From the human T2T-CHM13v2.0 reference genome, Homo sapiens: a stretch of 64,000 nucleotides of DNA. Below the pieces are notes generated by a model. The model saw only the letters and a list, made by a program, of their open reading frames with translations, had not been told where the DNA came from and searched no databases. The stretch is from NCBI RefSeq assembly GCF_009914755.1, contig NC_060934.1; one strand, 5' to 3'. Both the position numbers and the translations under genes were made by a program. This document shows positions 1-11,850 of this stretch, in pieces; positions within the stretch are counted from its first letter, which is position 1; each line of letters opens with the position of its first letter.

Positions 1-179
1 TTCCACGGCCTTCCAAGATGGCTGCATTGGAGATACCTCCAGTCTCCCTTTCTCCCACACCTTCCCCTCTTTACCCCAACCCACCTTTGCCAGGCTTCTT
101 TCTATTACTCACACCCGCAAGTTTGTTCCTGTCTTGGTCTTCTCACCTGCTTTGCATTCTGAAATGGTCTATTCTCAGA

Positions 180-490
180 TCTCAACACAGCCACTGCCTC
201 TTCAAGAGGCCAGCCTCCATTCAGGTTATCACCTCGGCAGAGAGGCCTTCCCCAAGCACCTGCTCTTATGGCCACTCCGGTCACTCTCTTACCATCCTGT
301 TTCATGCTCTGAACAGCATATATCATTCTTGAGTTTATTTCCTATGTGTTTACTTGGTTGGTTGTCTGTATCTACCTTTAGAATCAGCTGGGAAGAGCAA
401 GGGCCTTGCCTGTCTCACTTACCACAGTACCTCTGGGGCCTAGAACCATGGCTAGCTCATCGCAGGCCCTCAGGGAATGGCCATTATTGA
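180..490 (+). mobile_element. L2 LINE 3' end fossil
   Basis: Degenerate L2 3' terminus (tagaatcagctgggaagagcaagggccttgcctgtctcacttaccacagtacctctggggcctagaacc); boundaries approximate. Confidence 0.7.
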
Positions 491-1654
491 TATTATGGCC
501 ACCATCTGCTTTCTCCTCCCTGCCTTTTTCCTTTTGTCCCAGAATGCACTGGTAAGTGCTATTCCACTGCAGGGCATCCTTGCTCTTTCTGAGACAAGGT
601 GTAGTCTGCGCTTTGCCATTTTCCTCTCTGCAGGCCCCCTGAGGGATGTACACCCAGACATGAGCCTGGGAGGGCATGTGCCGACCCACCTCATGTTCAG
701 GCCCAGCCCTGGTGGGATTTTGGCACTTTGATGTGGTGGACTCACTGCCTACAGCACTGGCTCCCATCCCCACTGACGGCCTCAAGGCTTGGTGATCTGA
801 CTCCGAACAGCAGTGACCCTGAGTTCTAACTTGGAGAGCCCTGTGACCACAAGACCTAATGGCCCCAGGCTGCAGAGATGTGGAAATCCTTGGGTCTGCT
901 TTTGATGACTTTCTGTTATGCTGTCAATTGTCATCACTTGTTGCCATCAAGTCTCCCCTTCAATATACTGCTTCTAATCACACTGATTTCTCTTGTAGTA
1001 AAATGGGAATAAACAGCTGCTGCTTCTGTGATATCAGGCATTCGGTCCATAGACACCGTTGGGGTCTCTCCTGTGCACACTGTGTATGGGGAAATGAGAG
1101 ATATCCAACACCACAGAGGGTCTGTGCCCTTAGGACCCTGCCATTAAGTGGTGGTAATAAGATAGAAGCATCCACAAAGAGTGACCAGAGGGGCCAATTG
1201 GGAAAAGCTCTCTAGGGGGTCAGATGGACCTAGAGAGGAACCTTGGAAGTTGGCACCTTCTAACCCAGAATGGGGAAGAATTCATTGTTGGAGAAAGTTG
1301 GAGGTGATTTTGGGGTCCTGCCTTGTTGCTGGGGAGATGTGGCTCATAAACCAGCAGTTGAGGCAGACTGGGATAGGAGTTTTCTGGCAATAGCCCTGCC
1401 CTCTCCATGTCCCAACTCAGGGTCCAGCAAGTCCCCATCAGTGCGGTCTATGGATTAGAGTCAAATCTGATTCTCAGTCCCTGGCCATGGTGGCGTCTCT
1501 GCATCACCATGATGCAAACATTTGTATAGAGTCTACCTTGTGTGCAGGCCACTGTGCCCTGAGCACAAAGATGGCAGGATGTGGCTTGGGATCCTATATA
1601 CTTAGTGTGAGTTCTGCTCTGCCCCTTCCTGGGTGTTTGTGAGGTTTAAAATAT

Positions 1655-2090
1655 AATGTCTTTTGAATAGTTAATACCTTTACATGGTTTAATACTTCAA
1701 GGTACATCTGATGAAATTCTTATCAACTTTGTCCCCAGATGTCCAGCCCTCCTGCCTAGAAGGTGCTTGCAAGAAGAAGTAACCACTCTCCTTGGTATCT
1801 TATTTCAGGGATTAAAAGTATTTCAGGGATTGAAATATATATGCAAGCAAATATGAATATGGAGTCTCATTTCTCCCTTTCGCATAAAAGGTAATACATT
1901 AGATACTCTGTAATTTTCTCTCTTCAGAATATATCTTGGAGATCTTTCCATTTCTATTCAGAGAGTCCTGGCTTATTTGTTTGTTTGTTTCATAGCTACA
2001 TGGTATTTTCACTCTATGGCAGATCATTTATATACATATTTTAAACATTTTCCTGCTGTTGTGGACATTTGAGTTGCTTGACTACAAGGT
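1655..2090 (-). mobile_element. Old L1M (L1ME-like) 3' fragment
   Basis: T-rich sequence with antisense L1M motifs (atatcttggagatctttccat, ggacattttgagttg). Confidence 0.55.
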
Positions 2091-2914
2091 TTGGCCATGG
2101 CCTCATTCATAGTGAGAGCCTCCTTCTTGGCAGGTGGCCTGCAGTCATGGGAGGCTAGCCACAGCCCCTAGGGAACCATTAGAGTAAATAGGACTAGGAC
2201 CAGCCCTGGGGACTCTGTCTCCACTCAGGGAAGCAGTCATGAGACCCTACCAGTGGTTGGAAACTCATGCTTCAAAGGCAAAAAAAGAAGAATCTGCCTT
2301 TGTTTCACAGATGGGGAAGATGTGACCTGGGTGAGTCTTGAATTTTTGGGTCCACCTGGAGGCTGGTAGTGGCAGCGGCCTAAGCTCAGAGCAGCTGCAA
2401 ACACATGCCTGTCCCTCTGCTGCCCTAAGACCTGTGATGTGCTTGGAGGAGAGTGTAGAGCAGTAGATCTAAGTTGTGGGTGGGTGGTGGGGTGCTTTGG
2501 GTAAAACCTCTTATTGCTAAAATCTCATCTTTAGTAGGATGAGTAGAATTGAGTGGAATTCTCTAATTTTTTTTTTAAACTCCTAGGGTTGCAGGGCAGA
2601 GGCGACACTATCTGGCAGCTAAACTCATAAATTCATTGTTAGTCATTGAACATCTTTATGACTGGCTAATGGGGGGTGGGGCAAATGGGAGTTCTGGACT
2701 GAGTAGGGGGGTCTTGCCAAAGAGACATGTGAGGCATGGGAAGGCTGTCTGTCCTTCTTTCCCAGAGTCAGCACAATGTAGGAGAAAAGCGTGTTATGGA
2801 GGTCAGCCCATGCTCCTAGGAAGGTGAAGGCATTCAAAAAACTAGCAGAGAAACTGGTGGGGGTGGAGATTCTGCCTGCATTCTTGACACAGTCCTGGGA
2901 GGATCAGGGTCTTG

Positions 2915-3650
2915 GTGATCATGTAGACCTAGTTTTTAAATCCTGGTGCAGCCATTTACAACTTAAATGGCTTTGAGTAACTGGCAATTCTCAGTGGGGA
3001 TGCTAATACCTACTGCATTAGTAAGGGTTCTCTAGAGAGACGAACTAATAGGATAGATGTATATATGAAAGGGAGTTTGTTAAGGAGAAATGACTCACAC
3101 AATCACGAGGTAGAGTCCCGCGATAGGTCGTCTGCAAGTTGAGGAGCAAGGAAGCCACTGGTGGATGAGTCCGAGTCCCAAAGCCTCAAAGATAGGAAAG
3201 CCGACAGTACAGCCTTTATTCTGTGGCCAAAGGCCTAAAGAGCCCTGGCAAACCACTGGTCCAAGAGTTCAAAAGTTGAAGAACTTAAAGTCTAATGTTT
3301 GAGGGCAGGAAGCATCCAGCATGGGAGAAAGATGAAAGCAGGAACACTCAGAAAGTCTGCTCTTCCATCTTCTGCCTGCTTTTATTCTAGCCACACTGGC
3401 AGCTGATTAGATGGTGCCCACCCAGATTGAGGGTGGGTCTGCCTCTCCCAGTCCGCCGACTCAAATATTAATCTTCTTTGGCAACACCCTCACAGACATA
3501 CCCAGGAATAATACTTTGCATCCTTCAATCCAATCAAGTTGACACTCAATATTAGCCATCACACCTACCTCACAGGATTTTATGAAAGTTAAATGAGGGG
3601 TGGATACGAACACCCAGCATAGTTGGACATTCAATACATACTAGCATTTT
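2915..3650 (+). mobile_element. MIR SINE split by MLT2A insertion
   Basis: MIR core aatacctac|ctcacaggattttatgaaagttaaatgag rejoins across 3014-3568. Confidence 0.7.
3014..3563 (-). mobile_element. MLT2A (MLT2A2-like) solo LTR of HERV-L
   Basis: Reverse complement begins TGTGATGGCTAATATTGAGTGTCAACTTGATTGGATTGAAGGATGCAAAG; 550 bp; exact 5-bp TSD CCTAC at 3009-3013 and 3564-3568. Confidence 0.93.
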
Positions 3651-4568
3651 TCATCCCTTCTTGCCTACAATGACGAAACACAGCTTATTCATCTTTCCTT
3701 CTTCTTTCCCTTGTCTTCTCTGCCTATGAACCATACACATTTTACATAAGTACTTTGTAATTCTGAAGCTAGGAAATTGAGCAAAAAAGCTCTGAAAACC
3801 TGTTATTTCTATGTAGGTAGAGTATGTGTGTAACAAGGGGTTGGGTGGAGAAGAGTTTAACTTCCCCAGTTCTAGTAGCAAATACACTATATGCACTGTT
3901 ACCTGTTCTCCTCTTTGTATCTCAGATGATTTATTTTAAGGTCTGCTATAAAAGCAAGACATTGCTTAATTGTCTTGCTATAAAATATGTAAAATATTAC
4001 ACTACTGGGGCTCATTAGCTAAAGCAGCGCTGCTGTTTAGTAATCCATAAGGTGATACTGATTAATGAACACTGCAAATGATTCTCCTAACTACCTAAGG
4101 AGTAATAATAGATATGTCAGCTCGAACAAACAAGTCTCTTGTCCCTGGGGGGTGTGAAGACACTGGATCATAATTAGACAGAGGTGCAGAGCAGACACTT
4201 GTATTTTTGTGGATAGGACTCTCCGTATGCATCTCTGGCATCACTTCCGGGTCTGCAGAGGTGGAGCCCCACTTCTGTCCGCATCCTTGTTTAGGGGAAG
4301 GATAGTTCCCTGCTCACAGTGGAAGTGGCCACAGGATCTTACTGAGAGTCAAAGTTCTGTTCTTCATGTGTGGGGCAGTCGGGATCCTGATTTAGAGGCC
4401 TTTTGGGCAGTGTGGGGTTTTCAGTGGCGCTCTCGATCCCTTGAGGCTACAGCTGAAGCTCATTCTTATTATCCACCCCATGGTTCTGAAATAAAGCAGA
4501 GAGTAGACCTGAGGGTTGGAGAAGGGAATATTCTTAGACAGTGGTGTGTTAAAACCCACTTGGTTATT

Positions 4569-4711
4569 GGAAAACAGTATCGTGGTTCTTAAAAAAAAAA
4601 CCTAAACATAGAATTACCATATGATCCAGCAATTCACTTCTGGGTATATGTCCAAAGGAATCGAAAACAGGGTCTCAAACAGATATTTGTACAGTTATGT
4701 TTATAGCAGCA
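4569..4711 (+). mobile_element. L1M ORF2 3'-end fragment
   Basis: aaacatagaattaccatatgatccagcaattcacttctgggtatat is a classic L1 ORF2 C-terminal sequence. Confidence 0.85.
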
Positions 4712-4749
4712 GCTATACTGTTGATTGTCCCACAGTAGTCTCTTAACAG

Positions 4750-4885
4750 CAACAGGTTCCTCATCTAAAATAATGGGACTTGCCTTGTAGGGTCATTTAA
4801 GAATTAAATGAGATAATGTGAATAAAATGCTTAGTATTTGCCTGAAACATGACAAGTGTATAGCAAATATTGGTCATCATTGTAA
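4750..4885 (+). mobile_element. MIR fragment
   Basis: ttcctcatctaaaataatggg...gaattaaatgagataatgtg MIR core. Confidence 0.7.
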
Positions 4886-4952
4886 TTGAAAATGGGTATC
4901 ATTAATGGCAGGAGAGTATACTCTTACAACTGTAAACTGTAATATTTATCTT

Positions 4953-5249
4953 CTTTGTTTGTTTATGAGACAGAGTCTTGCTGTTGTCCAGGGGAGCTGG
5001 AGTGCAGTGGCATGATCATGGCTCACTGCAGCTTCAACCTCCTGGGCTCAAGTGATCCTTCTACCTAAGCCTCCTGAATAGTTGGGACTACAGGCATATG
5101 TGCCACCTTCCCTGGCTAATTTTTTATTTTTATTTTTTGTAGAGATGGAATCTTCTTATGTTACCCAGGCTGGTCTCTAACTCCTAGACTAAAGTGATCC
5201 TCCTGTCTTGGCCTCCCAAAGTACTGGGATTACAGACATGTCCCCGGCC
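4953..5249 (-). mobile_element. AluJ (Jo/Jr-like)
   Basis: Antisense Alu dimer with J diagnostics (gatcatggctcactgcagcttcaacctcctgggctcaag); flanking atatttatctt/acatttatctt TSD. Confidence 0.95.
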
Positions 5250-5261
5250 ACATTTATCTTA

Positions 5262-6265
5262 ATTCATAAGCTCAGGGGGCAGAAAACAAGAATCTATGAA
5301 TTCATACTCCTGAGATAAATAAATAAAGGGAGGAAGCATTTCAATACAGTAGCTTTCAAATGATGGATGAAGAAAGAACGATGGGGTTGAACATTGGCAT
5401 CCACTACAGTAATACTTGTTTCAGGCCAGAATCATCCATGGAGGCTAACATCATTGGTTGAAATTGTGATAAGATATGAGATATTTACCTAACTTCAATG
5501 TCACTCTCCAAAAGATACTTATGAATGACAGAAGGGAAAAGGTAACACCGTGGAAAAACCTGACAGACACCACATGAACCAAGATCAGAGCTAACATCCC
5601 CAGTTAACAGGGACAAATCAACACCGCGTAGTGTGATGCTCTGAGAAGGCATAACATCCCTGCTGGTGCTATGGTGTTCCTGCTAAAAATCCCTAACTTG
5701 AATTTGATCATGAGAAACATTATACACACTCAACTGAGGGACATTTTACAAAATAACTGCTTTTACTTTTCAAAATAATCAAGACCATGAAAGACAAAGG
5801 AAAAACAGAAGATCATTCCAGCTTCAGGCAGACTAAAGAGATGTGACAAATAAATGAAACATGCCATCCTGGAATGGATTCTGGACCAGGAAAAGAACAT
5901 TAGTGGGACAGTTGGTGAAATCTGAGTAAGATTAGATGATGCTATTTTATCAAGGTCAATTTCCTGATTTCAATAATTGCACTGTGGTTATGTAAGAGAG
6001 TGTCCTTGTTTTTAGGAAATATACTCTATAAAATATTTAGAGATTAAAAAAACATGATGGCTCTGCCTTACTCTCAAATTTTTCAGGAAACAAATTGAAC
6101 TTATACACACCTATGTTTGTATATATGAGAGAGAAAATGATGTGCACAGGGGACAAAATGTTAAGGTTTGGGGAAGCTGGTATATAGAAGGTGGATGGGA
6201 ATCCTTTGTGCTACTCCTTCAAATTTTTGTAAGTCTGAAACTATTCCAAAAGAATAAGTTAAAAA
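5262..6265 (+). mobile_element. L1MC4/L1MC5-like 3' UTR
   Basis: ggaaaaacctgacagacaccac, tgagggacattttacaaaataact, gactaaagagatgtgacaaataaatg; ends tgtaagtctgaaactattccaaaagaataagttaaaaa. Confidence 0.85.
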
Positions 6266-6344
6266 TGAGCATTATTCTACAATATACATATTGTATATTG
6301 TATATACATAAAAAACATATATATATTTGTTTTTTAACCACTTG

Positions 6345-6540
6345 TCTCATTTAATGAATTTATTCCTTAAGGCCACCATGGGAAGTTGGGAGGTAAGTAT
6401 TATTATTTTCTTGATTTTTCAGATGAGCAAATGGGGTCTCAGTAGGATTGAGTAGCTTGCCCAAGTCCGAGGGCTAGTAAATGGCAGAGTAAAGATTTGG
6501 TTACAGGTAGGTTCACACCAGTGCCTGCGTGCTTCAACAG
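6345..6540 (-). mobile_element. MIR
   Basis: ttttcagatgagcaaatggggtctcag...agcttgcccaag...gtaaatggcagag. Confidence 0.75.
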
Positions 6541-6544
6541 TGTA

Positions 6545-6778
6545 ACAAATATTTATTGAGTGTGTATTAGGTTCTAACTACTTTTTACATAATGCTTTAT
6601 TTAACTCTCACTGTAACCTTTTGCAGCAGGTATTTTCATCCTGGTTTTATGGATGGGGGTGTGGCTGCTCAAAGAGGTTAAAGGATGGACCTACAATATC
6701 CTATGGCTAAGAAATGGCAGCTCCAGAATTTCCTCTCAGGTTCCCCTGAAGCCAAAGAGTGTCTCTCCACTGTGCCCT
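6545..6778 (-). mobile_element. MIR
   Basis: atttattgag...tttaactctcactgtaacc...gctcaaagaggttaa...aaatggcag. Confidence 0.7.
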
Positions 6779-7768
6779 GTGTTCCAGTTCAGGTCCAGGC
6801 TGGGGACCATCAACAGAGTATTGAGATCCTGGCCCACATCAGGCTAGCGGGTGTGCTGCCCCCCTTGCTTTTGACAGTATCTGTCACAACCACAGGCCTC
6901 CCCTTCCAAAGCAGGGCAACAAAGTTGCATTGCAGTGTGCATGATCATTTGACAGGGAGCCACACCGCCATTGTGGTTGGAAAATCCAGAGACTCCTGGG
7001 GAAATTGTAGAGAATGCCGTCCACATGATGATCTGATTATATGCATCACCATCAGCACGACTTCGTGCTTGGCTCTTAATACACCCTTAGTGGGAGTGGG
7101 CCAGGGAGGGGGACCCTCTTCCCCCAGGAGCATTTTTCACTTGTGGCCTGTGGGACTGGGGCACAGAGACTATCAAGAGAATGTGTGGGATTTATCCACA
7201 GTCCCCAGGCCTGCCTCCCTCCCTGATGGGTGGCTGTGAACAGGTTTTGCTTACAATTTTGGCAAGACAGTTTGATCATGAGTTGGGTATAAAAATATTC
7301 AGGGGAGGACAATGACTCATCATTGGGGAATGAGAGGGAACAAATGCGATGTAATGTGGGTTTAGCAGGTGGTCACTATGATGTGAAAGAAACTTGATCC
7401 TCAGAGGGAGAGGTTCGGGGGGACTATTAATTCCTTTAAGCAAGTTGTAGATGTCCTTCTGATATTTTCTTAGATTAAAAATACGTATGATGTTCATACA
7501 TGTGGGCCTTGGAATAGACAAACAAATCAGCTTCCAAAACAATCTTAGACTATTCACACTAGCTGGAGCCCATGAATGATGGATGGGGCTTAGTACCCAC
7601 ACCCTGGCCAAGGAAACTGAGGTTGAGGAAGCCGCATCAGACCTGACTCCTAGCCCAGTGCGCTCCACCCCAAATTCTCTGCCCCTGAGCTCCCCACTGA
7701 AGACATTGTCCCCACTTCCAAGGCTGCCTGCATTCCCCAGGCTGTTTTGCATTAGACTTTCTCTAGGT

Positions 7769-8685
7769 CAGTGATATTTAAACTGCTTTGATTGTAACCC
7801 ACAGCAAGATAGACACACACATTGGATCAGTGGTGGTCAAGGTCCCAGCAGGTTACAGAGTTCTCTCAAATGGTTCAAATAAAGGGATTTTATTGAAGGG
7901 ATATTGACAGAGGTGCGGGCTGGGTTAAGGAAACAAACAATACCTATTGAGGCACCCGAAGTCTAGCAATGATGGGAAGCTGTTACCACCCTTAGGGCTG
8001 AAGGGACGAGATGAAGGATGGTGTAACTGGGGCCCACTGAGAGCTGAAGCCATGGCAGGAGCTGCAGGCCTGGGAGGAACAGCCTTTATCGGGGGTGTTG
8101 TGCTGAGGCCAGGAGGGATTGGGGAAAAACAGTCTCGTGATCTCAAACAGGGATATCCACTGGGCAAACCCAACCAACCAAAGAGCCAAGGAGATGGCAT
8201 TTGAAGGGGTCAGCCTGTAGCTGCCCAGAACATCGCAGAGAAGGGTGCAAAATGAACAGTGAGTGGGGTGTGGCCAAATGGACAGTGTCCAGCCCATGCA
8301 CACACAGACACCATTCACCCATGCAGTGCCCCTGCATGAGGAAAGGGGTGCCTCTGCTGGGGAGACCCAGCCCTCTTAGCACACAGCTTGGAAAGAGGTG
8401 CCCTTTGCTCTTGGGGATGTGGCTGCCTCTCAGAATGTAGGAGCTGGTGAGTGAAGATTGGGCTGGATTTCTGGATTGGGCTGAAGCATGAAGGCCAACC
8501 TGGCAATCATTCCCCACAGCCCCGCACACATATGTGCAAAACTGAAATAAAATGTCCTGAAACAAAACTTACCCTTGCTGCTTGCATTGATCTAGTTTTT
8601 TTTCACCCATTCTATTCTATTCCTTCATTAAAAAATGTAGATTTTGACCCAATTAATAGATGACCATTGTGCTTTAAAAACACTG
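7769..8685. mobile_element. hAT-Charlie type MITE interrupted by an LTR
   Basis: Termini cagtgatatttaaa (7769) and tttaaaaacactg (8685); 8-bp flanks ctctaggt/ctccagat resemble a hAT TSD; subfamily not assigned. Confidence 0.6.
7826..8300 (-). mobile_element. ERVL solo LTR, LTR33-like
   Basis: gggttaaggaaacaaacaa...ctagcaatgatgggaagctgttaccacccttagggctgaaggg matches recalled LTR33 antisense; right boundary uncertain. Confidence 0.65.
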
Positions 8686-8859
8686 CTCCAGATTGCGGAG
8701 CTCTCAGAGCCCAATAACCAGGCATAGTGTTGTTTGGAGGGTCCGGGATGAACTTCAGCTTGGCGCCGCTCACCCACTAGGTCCAGAATTCTCAGGGGGT
8801 TGGGGAGGAGCTAGGCTGCCTGCAGGGTGGGAGCCTGTGAGGTATTATTCTGGTTTTGC

Positions 8860-9065
8860 TGTTAGAAGGTTTGGTGTCAAATCTTGCCTCTATCATACGT
8901 GACATTGGCTAGGTGATTCAACCTCTTAAACCCTCAGCATTCTCATCTGTAAAATGGGATAACTACCTACCTCTTAGATTTAGGACAGCGTTAAATTAAA
9001 CTAGACAAGGTCAGTAACACACATGGAATGTGTACATGCTCAAAAAATATTGTAGCAGTTAGTAT
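8860..9065 (+). mobile_element. MIR
   Basis: cctcagcattctcatctgtaaaatgggataactacctacctc. Confidence 0.8.
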
Positions 9066-9619
9066 TACATCTCCCATCTCAGGGAACAGTGGGCAGATAT
9101 TAATAACTTGGGGGTTGCCTGGTCTGGAGAGAGAGTCAGCTACCAGCTTCTGCTTTTCCTATCTGTGAACTAAGTAGGTCAAGGATCAGCTTCTATGTGC
9201 CACAGGGCATTCGGAGGATGGGTGAGGCCCCAGATAGTCACTAGGCATGTACAGCGACCTCCTGTTAACCCAGAATCCAGACTGGAAAGTCCGAATACTC
9301 GAAATTTTTTTCTGCACTTTGCTTTTATGAGGGAGAGATACACACAGATAAAGGAGCCAAGAGCAGGGATTTGTTCAAGAGAGCAATTTCCTGGGCAGGT
9401 CTTAGACTGAGTACAGATTCTGCCGTGTATTGCAGTCCTCCTGCTTCTACAATCACAATAAAGCCTCTCTTACCAGCCCCCGGCCACAGTTCAGCACAGC
9501 GTTGGCAGAATCTGTAGTGGTAGCTGGAACTGTCACCAGCTCCACTTTTAAGAGAGGACAGTGTGTCACTCTTTCCCGACACTTTGCCTGGGCCAGTTTG
9601 GTTTTCCAGGTCTTACCTT

Positions 9620-9885
9620 AGAACTCCTTTTCCAGAAAGCCTTCTGTTACCATCCCAGGCTAAGTTAGTTCTGCCTCTGTGCATCCACAGGAACCCATGC
9701 TGACTTCTCTCTTAGGTAGCCTGTCCCACACTTAGGGAAATTCTCCACTTGCTCATGGAGCCTTAGGATGGGGCTGTGGGCTACAAAGGGCAGGGCCTGT
9801 CTGATTCATCTTCCTGGCCCTAACCCCAAGGAAGGAGCTTTGTGTAGGGTGAATGCTTAGTCCATGCTTATGGAATGAATGGAGT
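9620..9885 (+). mobile_element. L2 3' end fossil
   Basis: ccagaaagccttct...agggcagggcctgtctgattcatc...ggaatgaatgga. Confidence 0.65.
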
Positions 9886-10100
9886 GTAAACATTCAAATA
9901 AATAGTTGGTCAATATCATGTTATTTCCCCCCATTTGTTGTGTGCTGATGACATTTTGAGAAGGCTACTTAAAACCAAATGCAAACCCAGATCAAATCCC
10001 TTCCACCCAAACTTGTCATTTTGTGTAAGGGGATCGTCAGTCAAAATAACTTTTATGGATGAAAAAAACAGAGCACTATAATTCCACACTTGTGTTTTTG

Positions 10101-10400
10101 TTGTTGTTTTTTTGTTTTGGACAGGATCTCACTCTGTTGCCTGTGCTGGAGAACAATGGTGCGATTTTGGCTCACTGCAATCTCGACCTCCTGGGCTCAG
10201 GTGATCCTCCCACCTCAGCCTCCTGAGTAGCTGAGACTACAGGTGTGCACCACCACACCTGGCTAGTTTTTGTATCTTTTGTAGAGGCAGGGTTTCACCA
10301 ATGTTGCCCAGGCTGATCTTGAACTCCTGGACTCAAGCTATTCTCGTGCCTTGGCCTCCCAAAATTTTAGGATTACAGGCATGAGCCACTGTACCTGGCC
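10101..10400 (-). mobile_element. AluJb-like
   Basis: Antisense Alu dimer, ctcctgggctcaggtgatcctcccacctcagcc; cacact..gtttttg repeated at both flanks. Confidence 0.95.
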
Positions 10401-10519
10401 CACACTGGTTTTTGTTCTTAGCATCTTATTATCTTAGAGTTTGTGGATTCTCCCTCCCATGCTGACCCCTAAGCCACTGGGACTCACTCACTGGCTTACT
10501 CCCTTCCCAAATAAAAATA

Positions 10520-10935
10520 GCTTCATTCTGATCACCAAAGGAATATATACTTATCATAAAGAATCAGAAAGTATAGGAAAAAAGTCAAGGAAGAAAGTAA
10601 AAACTACCTGAAACCTGCTCCTGAGAGATAACCCCTACCACCAGAGTTGAGTGTGTTCTTCTAGAATTTTCCTGGTTTATGAAAACACACATATACACAC
10701 TCAAAAATGTATGTTAGCGCTACATTCATAGCACTTTGTAATGTGCTTTGCCAGTTATTACCACACTGTGGACATGTTTTCATGTCAATATATTTAGTCC
10801 TGAGTCATGTCATTATATTTAAAAGCTTCTTCATGTTCTATTCATAATGCAGCTTTGCCACACAGCTCCTCATTATTGGACATGTAAGTTGTTTCCACTC
10901 CGTTTGCTGTTGAGAACAATACAAGCACTTGCTTG
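10520..10935 (-). mobile_element. L1ME-like 3' fragment
   Basis: ggaagaaagtaaaaactacctg...gagataacc...attattggacatgtaagttgtttcca. Confidence 0.65.
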
Positions 10936-11399
10936 GGCTATAACTAAGACCACAGCAACATGGTACCCAAAGCTCTGGGTGGGGAATGCTATCTCTTATC
11001 CTAGAAGAGGCTTGACAATATGATTGGCGGTTTATTCCCCCACTAAATAGACTAATTAGTGTGTCAACAGCCTTGGAGTGAGAAAGCCTGTTTTCTCTTC
11101 TGCCAAGATGATAGTAACCTTGTCAGAAGGAAGAGGGAGTCTTTTGGAGGAAGGCTGGGTGTTTTTTCAAGTTTTTGAGAGAAGCAACAGCAGCTCTCTC
11201 TGGCTGCATGAGTGCAGGGAGGAGAGTAGTTTTCCCTGCGGCCAGCACGCCCATGTTAGGGGCTGAAGCCCTTCCTCTACAAGTACACAGATGCGTGTTT
11301 TACTCTCTGGCATGACAACCTACTAGGGAAATACAGACAGAAAGCCCTAGAGAGCTCGATAAAACAACATAAACATGCCTATGTCTAGAAGGTGAGAAT

Positions 11400-11850
11400 T
11401 AAGACCAAGACCTGAAAATCTTCGATCAACTTTCTTCCTTTTCATGGAAAAGTGTTTTATTCCGATAGCCGTAATCAAATGCAAAAGTGTGCGCCATGAT
11501 ATAAAGGCACTTAAATTTGTGAGCTCCAAGAAAAATCCTGGTGATGTAACTTGATTCTGTTGACAAATTAACCTAATGAGAATAGTTTCCTACTACGAAT
11601 TCATTAAGCAAAAATGTGCAAAGATGGTATTTGCAGCCTGTTAACCCTTAATTGGCTCAACACTGAAAACACTTAATTGTGACATGTGTCACCAAAATCC
11701 CTAACGTAGTTAATCGCTTTTAGACTCACAAAATGATACACTTTACATGATGATCTTTAATTAAAAATTATTTGGGATAATCTTCAGCCCATGCTTTAAA
11801 ATGAGCAGCTTTAGTACACTTGAGAAAATGTGGGTGGGGGGAAGGGGAAG
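11400..11850. promoter_or_regulatory. Candidate developmental enhancer (repeat-free, homeodomain-motif dense)
   Basis: Three NKX2 motifs CACTTRA, a TGACA-N2-TGTCA palindrome and many TAAT/ATTA cores; function inferred only. Confidence 0.45.

Noticed and set aside
6685-7239. 184-aa ORF with a hydrophobic stretch
   Set aside because: Starts inside a MIR; no family motif or exon evidence
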